64,000 bases of DNA from positions 1-64,000 of the IMG/VR virus record IMGVR_UViG_3300045004_000088. The stretch is one strand, 5' to 3'. Shown one piece after another: positions 43,693-53,893 of this stretch. How positions within the stretch are numbered: the stretch's first letter is position 1; every line of letters begins with the position of its first letter. The position numbers were made by a program, and so were the translations under genes. The notes under the pieces were generated by a model. The model did no database searches. It saw nothing but the letters and a program-made list of their open reading frames with translations, and was not told the origin of the DNA. Source of the stretch: a virus.

Positions 43693-45806
43693 TGACAAAT
43701 TTATCAGACCAAATACGACAACTAGAAACAGAACTAAAAAAAGTTAAAGCTGTTCTTTCTTCAAGTCAATACGAAATGGCTAAAGTCGCAACTACGACTT
43801 TGAACGACCGTACCCACATTGTTTCTCAATCAGAACAAATGTTTGGCATGTACACTGCCCTGTGTGTTGAAACCAAAGATGTTTGGAAACAGAACCGCAT
43901 CCGTTTTTATTGCCCCTTGTTCCAGTCTCCCGACAGCCCGATGAAAAGTCTGCCGTGGGCGTGGCCGATCTCGCCTATGGGCGGGTTTGATGATTCCGGC
44001 TGTTCGTGGGTGCCACCAGCCGGCTCGACCGTCTGTTTGATTTTCGAGGGCGGCGCGAGAAACGCACCTTTCTACATTGGCACAACGTGGCATCGTAACC
44101 GAGGACCAGAAGGGGCCAATGTATGGACCATTGACATCGCGGAGTACCAGAAGGTGTGGTCGGGTCACCGCAAGGGCTACCTGTGTGGACCCAACGACGA
44201 GAGCCAGTGTTTGCCGCCGTGGAACACCGAATCTTCAAACGGGTTCGACCTTAATAGCATCGTTGACTTCGATGCGAACCCGGAAGCCCAAAAGATGTTG
44301 ACCTACCCGCACATTTACGGGTTCAAGACGCCAGAAAAACACATGCTCAAAATGGTTGACGGCGATGCGTCGTGTGACCGCCGGTGGAAAAGACTTGAGA
44401 TACTCTCGTCTTGCGGCAACTGGCTGATCTTCAAAGACGATCACCTGCACTACGCCGGCCAATACGCACACCCGACCACGGGCGGCGTTGTCAAAACGGG
44501 TGACGTGACGTGCATCGAAGGTGCCGCACCCGGCATCGACATTACCAGGGCAATCGGCCTCGGCGATTTCTTGCCGGACTTAAACCCCGTTGACTCCGGG
44601 GCCGATTTCGGCAGTGCGGACGAAGGGTCAGTGGAAGACGACACGCCGAAAGAGGGAGCTAAAATTTCAAACCCCGCTTGCAGTGCAAAAATTGTTGGCG
44701 GTCATCCCGACACACCTTACTTCCCGTCGTGGAAACCGACCAAATATCAAAAACAACAGATAGGCGCGAACCCTTTTTTCAAACACGAAAACGAGTGCCG
44801 ACCGTATCGCGGGCCGGGCAACAACCGTAACAACACCGCCATGTTGCCCCAGAGCGGCATCCAGATGATGTCTATCAGCGGCCACACATGGGTCATGGAC
44901 GACTCGGTCGAAGAACCGACTGGCGATTGCGTGTGGGAACGATCACTACGACCGTTCGACTATGGGTGCAACAACATTTTCAACGGTTACATGGGACTGT
45001 TCAGCAGTTCGGGTCACAAATTCATCATGAGTGACATCGAGCAAGACGAGCCGAACAAAAGGGGCGAAGACAATTACATCCGTCTAGAGTCGCAGGCAGG
45101 CAACATCATCGAACTCAACGATATGGAGAAGGAGATCGGGATCGCCGGTTTCCGTCGCGGCATCAGCATGCGTTCGACCAGCAAACACTTGTTCATGATG
45201 ATCGATGAGGACAACGAGCAAGACTTGATCCCGCGAAGCGATGGTAACCAACCGGTCAACAAGGCGAAGAAAGCGTTCATCAAGATCCGGTCGGGTTACG
45301 GTATCGAGTTCAAGATCGAGGACACCAACTCGCAGGAGAATACGGTTGCCCAGTCCCTGCAAATGTTCTGTCCGCAGAAGGACAATACCGAGCGTGGCCC
45401 GCACATCATGAGGTTCCAAGAGGCTCCGAGTGGTCCGGGTCAAATCATGCTTCGTGCCGGCGGCGACTACATTACAATAAGTTACGACGATCACGTCGAG
45501 ATGGTGGGCGACAAGGAAAAGAATCCAAGTAACAAGATCGGCATCATTTCCAAGAACAAGGTCGTGTCAACGGAACAGGTTTACATCAACCTCGCCCGCA
45601 TGCACGTCTTCTTGGCTAAGGAACAGATCCTGTTGTTGGCCGGTCAGGATTGTCCGTCCGAGAACGGCGAGATGGCTCCGTGTCCGGCACAGATCCTCGT
45701 GTACCACGAGGGCAAGATCAAGATCAGTGACCGCGTCATCGGAAGCTGTTCCCCGAAGGCTCCGTGTGCGTCGATCTTCATGATGTCGCCGTTCGTTTCG
45801 TGCTAA
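43692..45806 (+). CDS. baseplate hub / central spike-like protein (704 aa)
   Basis: Position between the gpD-like and gp25-like genes; TAATG coupling. Confidence 0.45.
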   Translation: MTNLSDQIRQLETELKKVKAVLSSSQYEMAKVATTTLNDRTHIVSQSEQMFGMYTALCVETKDVWKQNRIRFYCPLFQSPDSPMKSLPWAWPISPMGGFDDSGCSWVPPAGSTVCLIFEGGARNAPFYIGTTWHRNRGPEGANVWTIDIAEYQKVWSGHRKGYLCGPNDESQCLPPWNTESSNGFDLNSIVDFDANPEAQKMLTYPHIYGFKTPEKHMLKMVDGDASCDRRWKRLEILSSCGNWLIFKDDHLHYAGQYAHPTTGGVVKTGDVTCIEGAAPGIDITRAIGLGDFLPDLNPVDSGADFGSADEGSVEDDTPKEGAKISNPACSAKIVGGHPDTPYFPSWKPTKYQKQQIGANPFFKHENECRPYRGPGNNRNNTAMLPQSGIQMMSISGHTWVMDDSVEEPTGDCVWERSLRPFDYGCNNIFNGYMGLFSSSGHKFIMSDIEQDEPNKRGEDNYIRLESQAGNIIELNDMEKEIGIAGFRRGISMRSTSKHLFMMIDEDNEQDLIPRSDGNQPVNKAKKAFIKIRSGYGIEFKIEDTNSQENTVAQSLQMFCPQKDNTERGPHIMRFQEAPSGPGQIMLRAGGDYITISYDDHVEMVGDKEKNPSNKIGIISKNKVVSTEQVYINLARMHVFLAKEQILLLAGQDCPSENGEMAPCPAQILVYHEGKIKISDRVIGSCSPKAPCASIFMMSPFVSC

Positions 45807-45820
45807 TTCAAAGAGGATAA

Positions 45821-46252
45821 ATGCCGGCAATGAAGTTTTTGGGTGTTCCTTATCCCATTACACCGCACCCGCGAGGATACTTGAGATCGAGCGGGGGCAT
45901 CAGTCAGATCAAGTCCGATCTTTTGCAGTTGCTGCTCACCAACCCCGGCGAGAGGGTGATGCTGCCGACTTACGGCACGCCCCTCAAGAAGTTCATCTTC
46001 GAGCAGAACGACGCGATCTCGGCCGAGAGCGTGCGACAGGCGATCATCAATTCGATCAACCTGTGGGAGCCGAGAATAACGGTTCAAGAAATCACCGTTA
46101 AAAACAGTGCGGACGAAAGTCAATTAAACCCTCAAGATCCCAAAGAAGACTTGGAGAACGTGATGTCTATTACGATCAGGTTCTTCGATCCTGAGAACAT
46201 TCAAGAGGTCGATGCCGTGGTAATCGAACTACCAGTAGGTGGAGTACAATGA
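45821..46252 (+). CDS. baseplate wedge protein, gp25/GPW family
   Basis: Protein MPAMKFLGVPYPITPHP...SDLLQLLLTNPGERVMLPTYGTPLKKFIFEQND matches the conserved GPW/gp25 N-terminal pattern. Confidence 0.75.
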   Translation: MPAMKFLGVPYPITPHPRGYLRSSGGISQIKSDLLQLLLTNPGERVMLPTYGTPLKKFIFEQNDAISAESVRQAIINSINLWEPRITVQEITVKNSADESQLNPQDPKEDLENVMSITIRFFDPENIQEVDAVVIELPVGGVQ

Positions 46253-47811
46253 GTGAATGCCCTTTCAACGTAGAACCGTTCTCACAGTCCGGCCCGCTGG
46301 CGGCTCCGAACGTCGTCAACCTGAACTACACGAACCAAGACTTTTGGTCGATGAAGTCGCGGCTGATCGACTTCATCAAATCGAATTTCCCCAACGACTT
46401 CAACGACTTTGTCGAGTCGTCGCTGGCGATCATGTTGATCGAGAACTGGGCGTTCATTGCCGACACCTTGTCCTTCAAGATCGACCAAATCGCCAACGAA
46501 GTTTTCATCGACACCGTCACCGAGGTCGAAAACGCATTCAGACTTGCCAAATTGGTCGGCTTCAATCCGCAACCGCCGATTGCGGCGCGGTCGATGTGGT
46601 CGGCAACACTGAACAACCCGGTGCTGGCAGACGTTACCATCCCGGCCCCGTTCGACGTGACGGTGACGGCCGGAAACGAGTCCATCAGCATCGAGCTTTT
46701 CCCCGCCGACGCTGACGGGAACCCGATCTACGACCAAGACATTCTGATCCCCGCCGGTACGGTCGTGAACAACAGCGTGGTGGGTCTTGAGGGGTTCACT
46801 TACACCGACACGTTCCCCGGAACCGGCTTGGTCGGGCAGACCTATACCCTCAGCTACTTCCCGGTGATTTTCGACAGCATTCGCGTGGACGTGGACGGCG
46901 TCAGGTGGACCCAGGTGGAACAGTTCACCGACTCTCAACCCCGGCGCGAGTACAGGGTCGAGTTCAACAGCCTCTGGCACGCTTTCATCATCTTCGGCAA
47001 CAACCGGGCGGGCCTGATTCCGTCGCAGGGATCACAGATTGTTGTCACATACCGGAAGGGCGGCGGGACGGTAGGTAACATCGTCACACAGTCGATCACG
47101 TCGGAAACCGTCGTGCCGCTACCCGGTTTTGAATACTCCGTCCCGGTCGGCCTCAGCAACTACACGCAGGGCCAGTTCGGGTACGACGGCGACACGGTTG
47201 ATGACGTTCGCAGCAAGCTGCCGGCTTGGTTGGCGCTTCAGAACAGGTGCGTGACGGGTTCGGACTACAAGACGTTCGCGGACCAATTCGCCTCCCCGTA
47301 CCAGGGGCAGACGGGCAAATCGACGGCGGTTCTGAGGAACCAGGGGTGCGCGGCCAACGTCATCGACCTTTATGTTCTGGTTCGGGGGACCACGCCGTCG
47401 TCCGCGAACGATCTGCAACTCGCTTCGAGTCAGTTCAAAGCCGAACTCGGTGACGCGATCTCACAGGTCCAGATGTTCACGGACTTCGTCTGCATCAAAG
47501 ACGGGTCGATATTGCTGGTCGATGTGTCAATCGACGTGGTCATGAACAAGTTCTACAAGAAGTTCGAGGACCAGTACCGGACGATGGTGACGCAGAAAGT
47601 CGCGTCCTTCTTCTCGCTGCCGAACTGGGAATACGGCAAGTCGCTCAGGCAAGAAGACCTCGGCAAACAGTTGTCAACGATCCGCGAGGTCAACAGGTTT
47701 GAAATGAACTTCATGACCAACGACCCCGAAAACAGCGGCGTTCTGGTGACCGCCAACTACAAGCAGATCATCCGCCCGGACACGATCACAGTAACATTTG
47801 TATACGAGTGA
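46249..47811 (+). CDS. baseplate J-like protein (520 aa)
   Basis: ATGA coupling to the gp25-like gene; size and position. Confidence 0.5.
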   Translation: MSECPFNVEPFSQSGPLAAPNVVNLNYTNQDFWSMKSRLIDFIKSNFPNDFNDFVESSLAIMLIENWAFIADTLSFKIDQIANEVFIDTVTEVENAFRLAKLVGFNPQPPIAARSMWSATLNNPVLADVTIPAPFDVTVTAGNESISIELFPADADGNPIYDQDILIPAGTVVNNSVVGLEGFTYTDTFPGTGLVGQTYTLSYFPVIFDSIRVDVDGVRWTQVEQFTDSQPRREYRVEFNSLWHAFIIFGNNRAGLIPSQGSQIVVTYRKGGGTVGNIVTQSITSETVVPLPGFEYSVPVGLSNYTQGQFGYDGDTVDDVRSKLPAWLALQNRCVTGSDYKTFADQFASPYQGQTGKSTAVLRNQGCAANVIDLYVLVRGTTPSSANDLQLASSQFKAELGDAISQVQMFTDFVCIKDGSILLVDVSIDVVMNKFYKKFEDQYRTMVTQKVASFFSLPNWEYGKSLRQEDLGKQLSTIREVNRFEMNFMTNDPENSGVLVTANYKQIIRPDTITVTFVYE

Positions 47812-47814
47812 GGC

Positions 47815-50800
47815 ATGGCAGAGAAAACAATCTATGAGGTGCCGAGTGTTACGGATACGGTGGTCATTCCTTTCTTGACCCCCGACGCCGACCAATGCTT
47901 GCTCCAGAACCCCTACATGGTCAACAACCTGACCATTTACTACATCGAACGCGACTTCTCAGGCGGCAACGTCACGCAATTTGACGTTGAAACCCGGAAC
48001 CAAGACGCGGAGCGGGCGGCGACCGAAGCACAGAACGCGGCGTGCCTTGACCCGACTCAGGAGAACATTCTTGAGGCGCGAAAACTACGCGCCCAGGCCG
48101 ACTCCATGAGGGTTTCGCGACCCGTGTATTACAACGACGCCGTCCCCGTTGCGGTGATCGGCAACTCGTCTTATCCCGCTTGGCTCTCGACCGACACACC
48201 CAACGCTCTCATCGAAAACGTACCGCTTGACGAGGAAGGTAACACCGTATACGGCCACTTCCAATACGTTTGGAACCCGGTGGGTATGCGAGAGGGCAAC
48301 TACATCGCGTGCTGGACGTGGACGCCCCTCGCGGCCGGGGAAACGCTTTCGCAAAACCTTTCCTTCTCGTTGATGGGCAACAACGCCATCACCACGAGCA
48401 TCCCGACCCACGCCACGCCGCCGGAAAAGTACCAAACTCTGCTGGACACATACCTCCCAGAGATGTACAAATCCACGCTCTCCGAAGACGACGTGACCCC
48501 GTCCGTTCTGACCAGATTCAACAAATCGGTCGGCCAGGGGTTCACGGTGTTGGAGAATCTCGCCAACCAGATCTTGGACATCATGGACGCCAACTCGACT
48601 GACGAGGCGTTCTTGGGCCTTCTGGGGCGGATGTTCGGGCTGAAGCTGAGGAGCGAAGACCCGACCCGTTGGCGGAAGCAGATCAAGTTGGCGGTGCCGC
48701 TTTACAAGATGAAGGGAACTCGCGCCGGGCTGGAGATGGCGTTCGATTTGGCCGGCATGAGGATGACGAGCTTGGTTCGCGGCTGGCAGATCATTTCGCC
48801 GTACACATGGGTGGAAACCTTCAAAGCGGCCGGCGGCGAAATGGAGTTCGTGCTGTCCCGTGTCGCACAACCAATTGATTCAGACAACTTTGAAGTGTCC
48901 GTCAGAAAGGCGGGCAACTCGTACTACACGGACTACCTGCCATCAGACGTGTCGATCAACACATCGGACGGCGTCAGCACACTAACGATTGAGAACAACA
49001 TCTCGCTCGAAAACGGCGACATCCTTCGAGTGCTGTACCAGTACGCGGCGATCCCGAACCCGACGCAACAGGACATCGAGGACTACATTCGTTTGTTGCC
49101 GTTGACCGATCAGCGGGACGAAACGGTTCAGGACTACCCGCCGAAAAACTGGAACGTTCGACTGCTCGAAGAGAACGACCCGTTGTTTTCGATCTTGATT
49201 CCCAACAAGCACCCGTACCACGACTTCTTGGTGTTCGGTAAGATCAGGACCGAGTTCCCGTACAGCGAAAACGTCTATAACATGGACGAATACAACGGCT
49301 CGATTAGGGACAGTCTCGAACCGTGCGACATGGACAAGGACTTCGTTGACCCGTGCAGCCAGTGCTTGGGCAGCAAGTACATCATCGACATTGAAGTTGA
49401 CCGCCTTTGCGACGACCGGGTGAACGAGGCCAAAGACATCCTGAAGGAGTTCGTCCCGTTTCACGCCCTGCCCCAGACCATCAACTTCAGCGGCTCGATG
49501 GAGGACTTCGTTCAGCCGCCCGTCGAGACGATTGAGTGCCTGATTTACTATCGCGGGAGCGAGACAGTAATCGCCGGCAGCGATCAAATGGTCTTCAACC
49601 GCGCGATGATTCCGAGCGGCATGCCGCTCGACCAAATTCTGAGAAACACCCTCGCTACGAGTACGCTCGTAGCGAGCGGAACCGCCACAGCCTACAACAG
49701 ACAGATCATGTTGTTCTCGCCGGACGTTCCGATCAGCAACACCGGCCTGAGTACCGACCCGACCGAAACGGTGCTAGAAATCTACGGCCCGCACCCGCAC
49801 GCCGGTAACTACCAAGTCACCAACGCGGTCGGACACGCGGTCGAAGTTTACGGCCCAATCTCGCCGACATCGCCATTGACGGAGCCGATCAATCAGTCGG
49901 CCTTCTCGTTCAGCCTGTCGAACATCATTTACGAAAACTCCGACACCTCCATTGTGACCGACAATTTCTACAAGTTGAAGGACGCGACTTGGGACTTGGC
50001 AGAACTGGGCGTCAAGAGCCAGTGGGACGTTGACAACGGGTACGCTACGACGGCCTGGACGATCAAGATGACGGCGTACAGTGCCACGCCGTACACGATC
50101 CAAGACATAAAGCCCGAAGGCGAGATCGTGATCGCTCAAGACCCTTCCCTGCCAAACGTGAACGCGACGGGTGTGGCCTATTCGATCATCCGCCCGGACG
50201 CGAGCGTGGCACACACAGGCACCTTGAATTTGTCGGTTGAGCTTCGCGGACTGGTAACTGTCACGGACGGGGTGCTGACCGACGTTCGCGGGGTAATGAT
50301 CCAGCCGCTCGCGGGGCAATACTTTTTGTACTACAACGATACCGGCGACCAGTACGTCGTCAGTGAATTGGTGGACGGCGAGACACACCAGTTTTACATC
50401 AACGGCTGGTCGGGCGGTTCGGTGGGCGGAAAGAGTATCGCTTTGTATGATCGGCTGATCGATACGCGGTACGGCTTACTTACTTATCAGGGTATCGGCC
50501 TGAACACGGTGATCAACTACGAATCGTCGTTGGGCATCTCGAACGGCCAAAACCCGGTACTGGTTCCGCTGGAAGACAGCAAGTTCAAAGAGAACTTCAT
50601 CGTCGTGATCAATGACCCAGTCAACGGGGCGGATGAAGAGACTTTTGCGATTGCCGACATCGACGGGACTACGATCACCCTGGACGGTGACATTCACTAC
50701 TGGACGACTTTGGGTAACGGGGGGACGAGCGTGCCGTTCGAGATTTACAACTACGAAACTCTTCCGGTGACTGTGGCGGGCGTGCCGTTCCAGCGGCTCG

Positions 50801-50970
50801 ACCGGCGGAACTCGGAAGTGATCACCTCCGTCACGGAGACGATGTCGCCGATGGCGATGAGCATGGCAGCCGCCCCAGAGCCGGGGTTCTCTGACTTTGT
50901 GAAACAAGAAGAGAAAATCAACTTCCGCATTGATTACGCGGACGGAACAGTCGAAGAGGGGAGCCTATGA
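47815..50970 (+). CDS. large baseplate wedge / tail fiber protein (1051 aa)
   Basis: Position in the baseplate operon; size. Confidence 0.5.
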   Translation: MAEKTIYEVPSVTDTVVIPFLTPDADQCLLQNPYMVNNLTIYYIERDFSGGNVTQFDVETRNQDAERAATEAQNAACLDPTQENILEARKLRAQADSMRVSRPVYYNDAVPVAVIGNSSYPAWLSTDTPNALIENVPLDEEGNTVYGHFQYVWNPVGMREGNYIACWTWTPLAAGETLSQNLSFSLMGNNAITTSIPTHATPPEKYQTLLDTYLPEMYKSTLSEDDVTPSVLTRFNKSVGQGFTVLENLANQILDIMDANSTDEAFLGLLGRMFGLKLRSEDPTRWRKQIKLAVPLYKMKGTRAGLEMAFDLAGMRMTSLVRGWQIISPYTWVETFKAAGGEMEFVLSRVAQPIDSDNFEVSVRKAGNSYYTDYLPSDVSINTSDGVSTLTIENNISLENGDILRVLYQYAAIPNPTQQDIEDYIRLLPLTDQRDETVQDYPPKNWNVRLLEENDPLFSILIPNKHPYHDFLVFGKIRTEFPYSENVYNMDEYNGSIRDSLEPCDMDKDFVDPCSQCLGSKYIIDIEVDRLCDDRVNEAKDILKEFVPFHALPQTINFSGSMEDFVQPPVETIECLIYYRGSETVIAGSDQMVFNRAMIPSGMPLDQILRNTLATSTLVASGTATAYNRQIMLFSPDVPISNTGLSTDPTETVLEIYGPHPHAGNYQVTNAVGHAVEVYGPISPTSPLTEPINQSAFSFSLSNIIYENSDTSIVTDNFYKLKDATWDLAELGVKSQWDVDNGYATTAWTIKMTAYSATPYTIQDIKPEGEIVIAQDPSLPNVNATGVAYSIIRPDASVAHTGTLNLSVELRGLVTVTDGVLTDVRGVMIQPLAGQYFLYYNDTGDQYVVSELVDGETHQFYINGWSGGSVGGKSIALYDRLIDTRYGLLTYQGIGLNTVINYESSLGISNGQNPVLVPLEDSKFKENFIVVINDPVNGADEETFAIADIDGTTITLDGDIHYWTTLGNGGTSVPFEIYNYETLPVTVAGVPFQRLDRRNSEVITSVTETMSPMAMSMAAAPEPGFSDFVKQEEKINFRIDYADGTVEEGSL

Positions 50971-51443
50971 AAACCGAAGACCAAGTGCAATGTATCGGTT
51001 GGGTCGAAGCCGTCATCGAATACAAAGACGGCCGCAAAGACACTTTGCGGTTCAACAACAGCGTCATGAGGCGGGGACGGGCGGCTCTGGCCGCAGCCCT
51101 GAGCAACTCCCTTAGTGACGGGTTCAATTTCTACGTCAGCCGAATGATTTTCGGCGACGGCGGCACGTCCGGGGGCGTTCCGAAGTTCGTTGACACGAAC
51201 AGGAACGGCCTTTACGGTTTGACGCGGGCGAGTAAGCCCGTCGTGGCGAGCGTGGACCCGACGACCCCTAGCAAAGCCGTGTTTACCAGCGTGTTGACGT
51301 TTAACGACGCCAACGGGTACGCCCTGAACGAAATGGCGTTGGTAATGAACAGCGGCGACTTGTACAGTCTGGCGACGTTCCCAGACCTCAACAAGACTGA
51401 CGCCATGCAGATCACATGGTCTTGGTCGGTTAATTTTGTCTAA
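50967..51443 (+). CDS. small tail-associated protein (158 aa)
   Basis: ATGA coupling. Confidence 0.45.
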   Translation: MKTEDQVQCIGWVEAVIEYKDGRKDTLRFNNSVMRRGRAALAAALSNSLSDGFNFYVSRMIFGDGGTSGGVPKFVDTNRNGLYGLTRASKPVVASVDPTTPSKAVFTSVLTFNDANGYALNEMALVMNSGDLYSLATFPDLNKTDAMQITWSWSVNFV

Positions 51444-51460
51444 AATAGCTTTTGAAAATA

Positions 51461-51470
51461 CTATAATACC
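51461..51470 (+). promoter_or_regulatory. CTATAATACC (TATAAT -10) 3 nt upstream of the ATG of the homing endonuclease gene, no SD
   Basis: Read directly. Confidence 0.45.
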
Positions 51471-51473
51471 TGC

Positions 51474-52493
51474 ATGAAGAATTTATACCCGCAATTGACT
51501 ACCCGTCAGCATGAGATATTCATAGGAAGTATGCTTGGCGATGGCTGTCTTAGCCGTCAACCTGTTAACTGGAATTGGCTGATTCAGCAGAGCTTTGCCG
51601 ATCATAAAAACTTTCCAAAAGAAAGCTACATGCAGTTTTTTTTAGATGAGCTAGGAGGCTGGTCCAGATGTGCAAAAATTGTTATGAAGTCTCATCGAGC
51701 CAAAATTATCGACGGCAAGATCGGTCGAGTGCAGTGTGAACCATATCCGACTTGGAGATATGAGTCTTGCAATCATCTGATTTGGACGGAAATGGGCAAG
51801 AAGTGGTATGCCCCTCAGTTGGTGAACGGCAGAATCAGGAAGGTCATTCCTAACGATCTCAAACTGACTCCGCTATCGATGGCGATATGGTACATGGATG
51901 ACGGGGTCAATCAAGCTAGAGACGCCCAAGCCAAACTATGCACCAATGGTTTTACCGAAGAAGAGGTTGTTTTCCTGGCGGAAGTAATGAAACGTGACTT
52001 GTCGATCAAGGCTGTCAAGTCGAGAGTCAAAAAAGACCGCAGTCAGTTTTTACTTCGTGTCAACCGTGAAGCGTATTTTGAATTCATTGACATTATAAGG
52101 CCAGAGATCAAGTGGGACTGCTTCGGTTACAAAACGGACACCTCCGGGTACGTCAAGAAAGACAACAAGGGAGCCAACCACGGAAAGTCTAAATTAAACG
52201 ACGAGAAATCGCAGGAGATTTTTCGGTTGAGGCAGATAGGTCGTTCTCGTAAAGAAGTCGCGGCCATATTTGGTGTGACCGAAGCGTGTGTGACACGCAT
52301 CGCTTCTGGGCAAGGATGGAAACATCTGGGAAACCCGATGGTGCGACAACACAAAAAAATGACCGCAGAAGACAGAACGCAAGCATTAAGGCTTCTGGCA
52401 GAAGGTAAGGATCAAGAAGAGGTCGCAAGCATTATCGGCACATCACAGTCGAGCATCAGTAGATTGTTAAACAAAAAAACGTTCGCAAAATAG
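51474..52493 (+). mobile_element. LAGLIDADG homing endonuclease with C-terminal HTH domain, AT-rich, inserted in the tail module
   Basis: Motifs IGSMLGDGCL and MAIWYMDDG read directly; C-terminal sigma-70 region-4-like HTH; GC drop. Confidence 0.65.
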
Positions 52494-52504
52494 GTGAACT
52501 TCGT

Positions 52505-52702
52505 ATGACATGCAAGAAAGAGAATGAAAATAATTTGCCGGTCAACGCGGATGTCATATACATCCCCAGTGTGATCGGGCAAATAAACAAAATTACATTC
52601 CCCAGTATCATTGTCTGTGAAGTAAACGTGCCTAGTGTGATCGTAATGGACGAGCTTGACATCCCAAGTATCATTACGGTCGATTGGGCTACAGGAGCAT
52701 AA
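52505..52702 (+). pseudogene. 65-aa AT-rich ORF made of (I/V)PS(V/I)I repeats resembling the repeat region of the 61184-63376 fiber-like protein; possible gene fragment
   Basis: Read directly; adjacent to the homing endonuclease gene. Confidence 0.3.
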
Positions 52703-53103
52703 TGAACGATTGGTTGAAGCGCAGCTATGCAAAGCAGAAAAGGCAAGCCGACAGACGTACTCTCGAAGGTATCGATGAGATCGTCAACAAATGGAAAAAA
52801 GCCGAAGACAAAAAAGAGTGGGGCGACAAGCTCGCGGTGATTTTGACGATCATGGCTCGCAACGTTATTGAGTTTGCGAAGCCGGACCTTCCTCTGGAAG
52901 AAAAGATCGCAAATCATCGCGAAATAATGAAAAGAGCGGCTAGTTCGCTCCCCTGCATAGACACGACCAGACACCGGGCTTTCACTTACCTGATGACCAA
53001 AATGTTGTGCGTGTTGCGTCAGAACACGATGACGAGAGAAGAACTACTGGAAGCACACAAGGAGTATCGTGAGTACCTTGCAAGTAAGCACCCTAGAGCT
53101 TGA
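52702..53103 (+). CDS. hypothetical protein (133 aa)
   Basis: ATG in TAATG overlap. Confidence 0.5.
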   Translation: MNDWLKRSYAKQKRQADRRTLEGIDEIVNKWKKAEDKKEWGDKLAVILTIMARNVIEFAKPDLPLEEKIANHREIMKRAASSLPCIDTTRHRAFTYLMTKMLCVLRQNTMTREELLEAHKEYREYLASKHPRA

Positions 53104-53347
53104 AGAAAACGGCAAACCGAAGCGGTATCTGGTCTTCGACAACGAAGCCTTCGACTACGAACTGAGTGAATCGGACCTCTCCCGCGCGATCATGTACTGT
53201 GGCGACGACCCACAGGCCAAGAAGACGCTGCACGGCGAGATCCAAAAGCACTTCCTCGACTGTCTCGAAGAGTTCCTCGGTTTCCCCGTGACACTGAGTG
53301 AGCTTGTGGCTGCGATCCGCGAAGGCAAACTGGAGAAGAAGCAATGA
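53069..53347 (+). CDS. hypothetical protein (92 aa; GTG or TTG start inside the upstream gene)
   Basis: ORF track; start uncertain. Confidence 0.4.
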   Translation: MSTLQVSTLELEENGKPKRYLVFDNEAFDYELSESDLSRAIMYCGDDPQAKKTLHGEIQKHFLDCLEEFLGFPVTLSELVAAIREGKLEKKQ

Positions 53348-53856
53348 ATTTCGTAGAAGAAACCGATCTGCGGTTCGCGTTGATGCCATCGACAATTGAG
53401 AACGCCGGCATGGGGTGTTTCGCCGCCGTGGATCTGAAGAAGGGCGACTACATCGAGGTGATCGGCGTCTACGTCAAGAAAGGCGGCATCGCCGACAAGT
53501 GTACCGCCTACGCGACCAGATACAAGTTCAACGGTCACGACAACCAAGAGGCCAACATCGTGCCGATGGGCTACGGCGGGATGATAAATCACACCCCGGA
53601 CACCGCGAAACAGAATGTCAAACTCGAATTCGCTCGCGGGCTGGCACGGAGAAGCAACGACGCGGGACAAGTGATTTACAGGTTCACGAGGGACATCCCG
53701 GCCGGCGAAGAACTTCTTGGGTACTACGGGGATCACAAGGAGGCAGAGCTTCAGTGGATGAACAAAGGGGCGAGCTACCACGACCGCGAGGGCGGGGCGT
53801 GGAAAGAGTTCATCGAACTCGATTATTACAACCTCGGTCTGCTCGCCAAAATCTGA
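53344..53856 (+). CDS. SET-domain protein (putative protein lysine methyltransferase)
   Basis: GMGCFAAVDLKKGDYI, MINHTPDTAKQNV (NHxxxPN-like) and GEELLGYYGD (ELxxxYG) match SET signatures. Confidence 0.6.
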   Translation: MNFVEETDLRFALMPSTIENAGMGCFAAVDLKKGDYIEVIGVYVKKGGIADKCTAYATRYKFNGHDNQEANIVPMGYGGMINHTPDTAKQNVKLEFARGLARRSNDAGQVIYRFTRDIPAGEELLGYYGDHKEAELQWMNKGASYHDREGGAWKEFIELDYYNLGLLAKI

Positions 53857-53893
53857 TCTGAACCGTAGATAAAGTAACCCGCCGAGGAGGACC

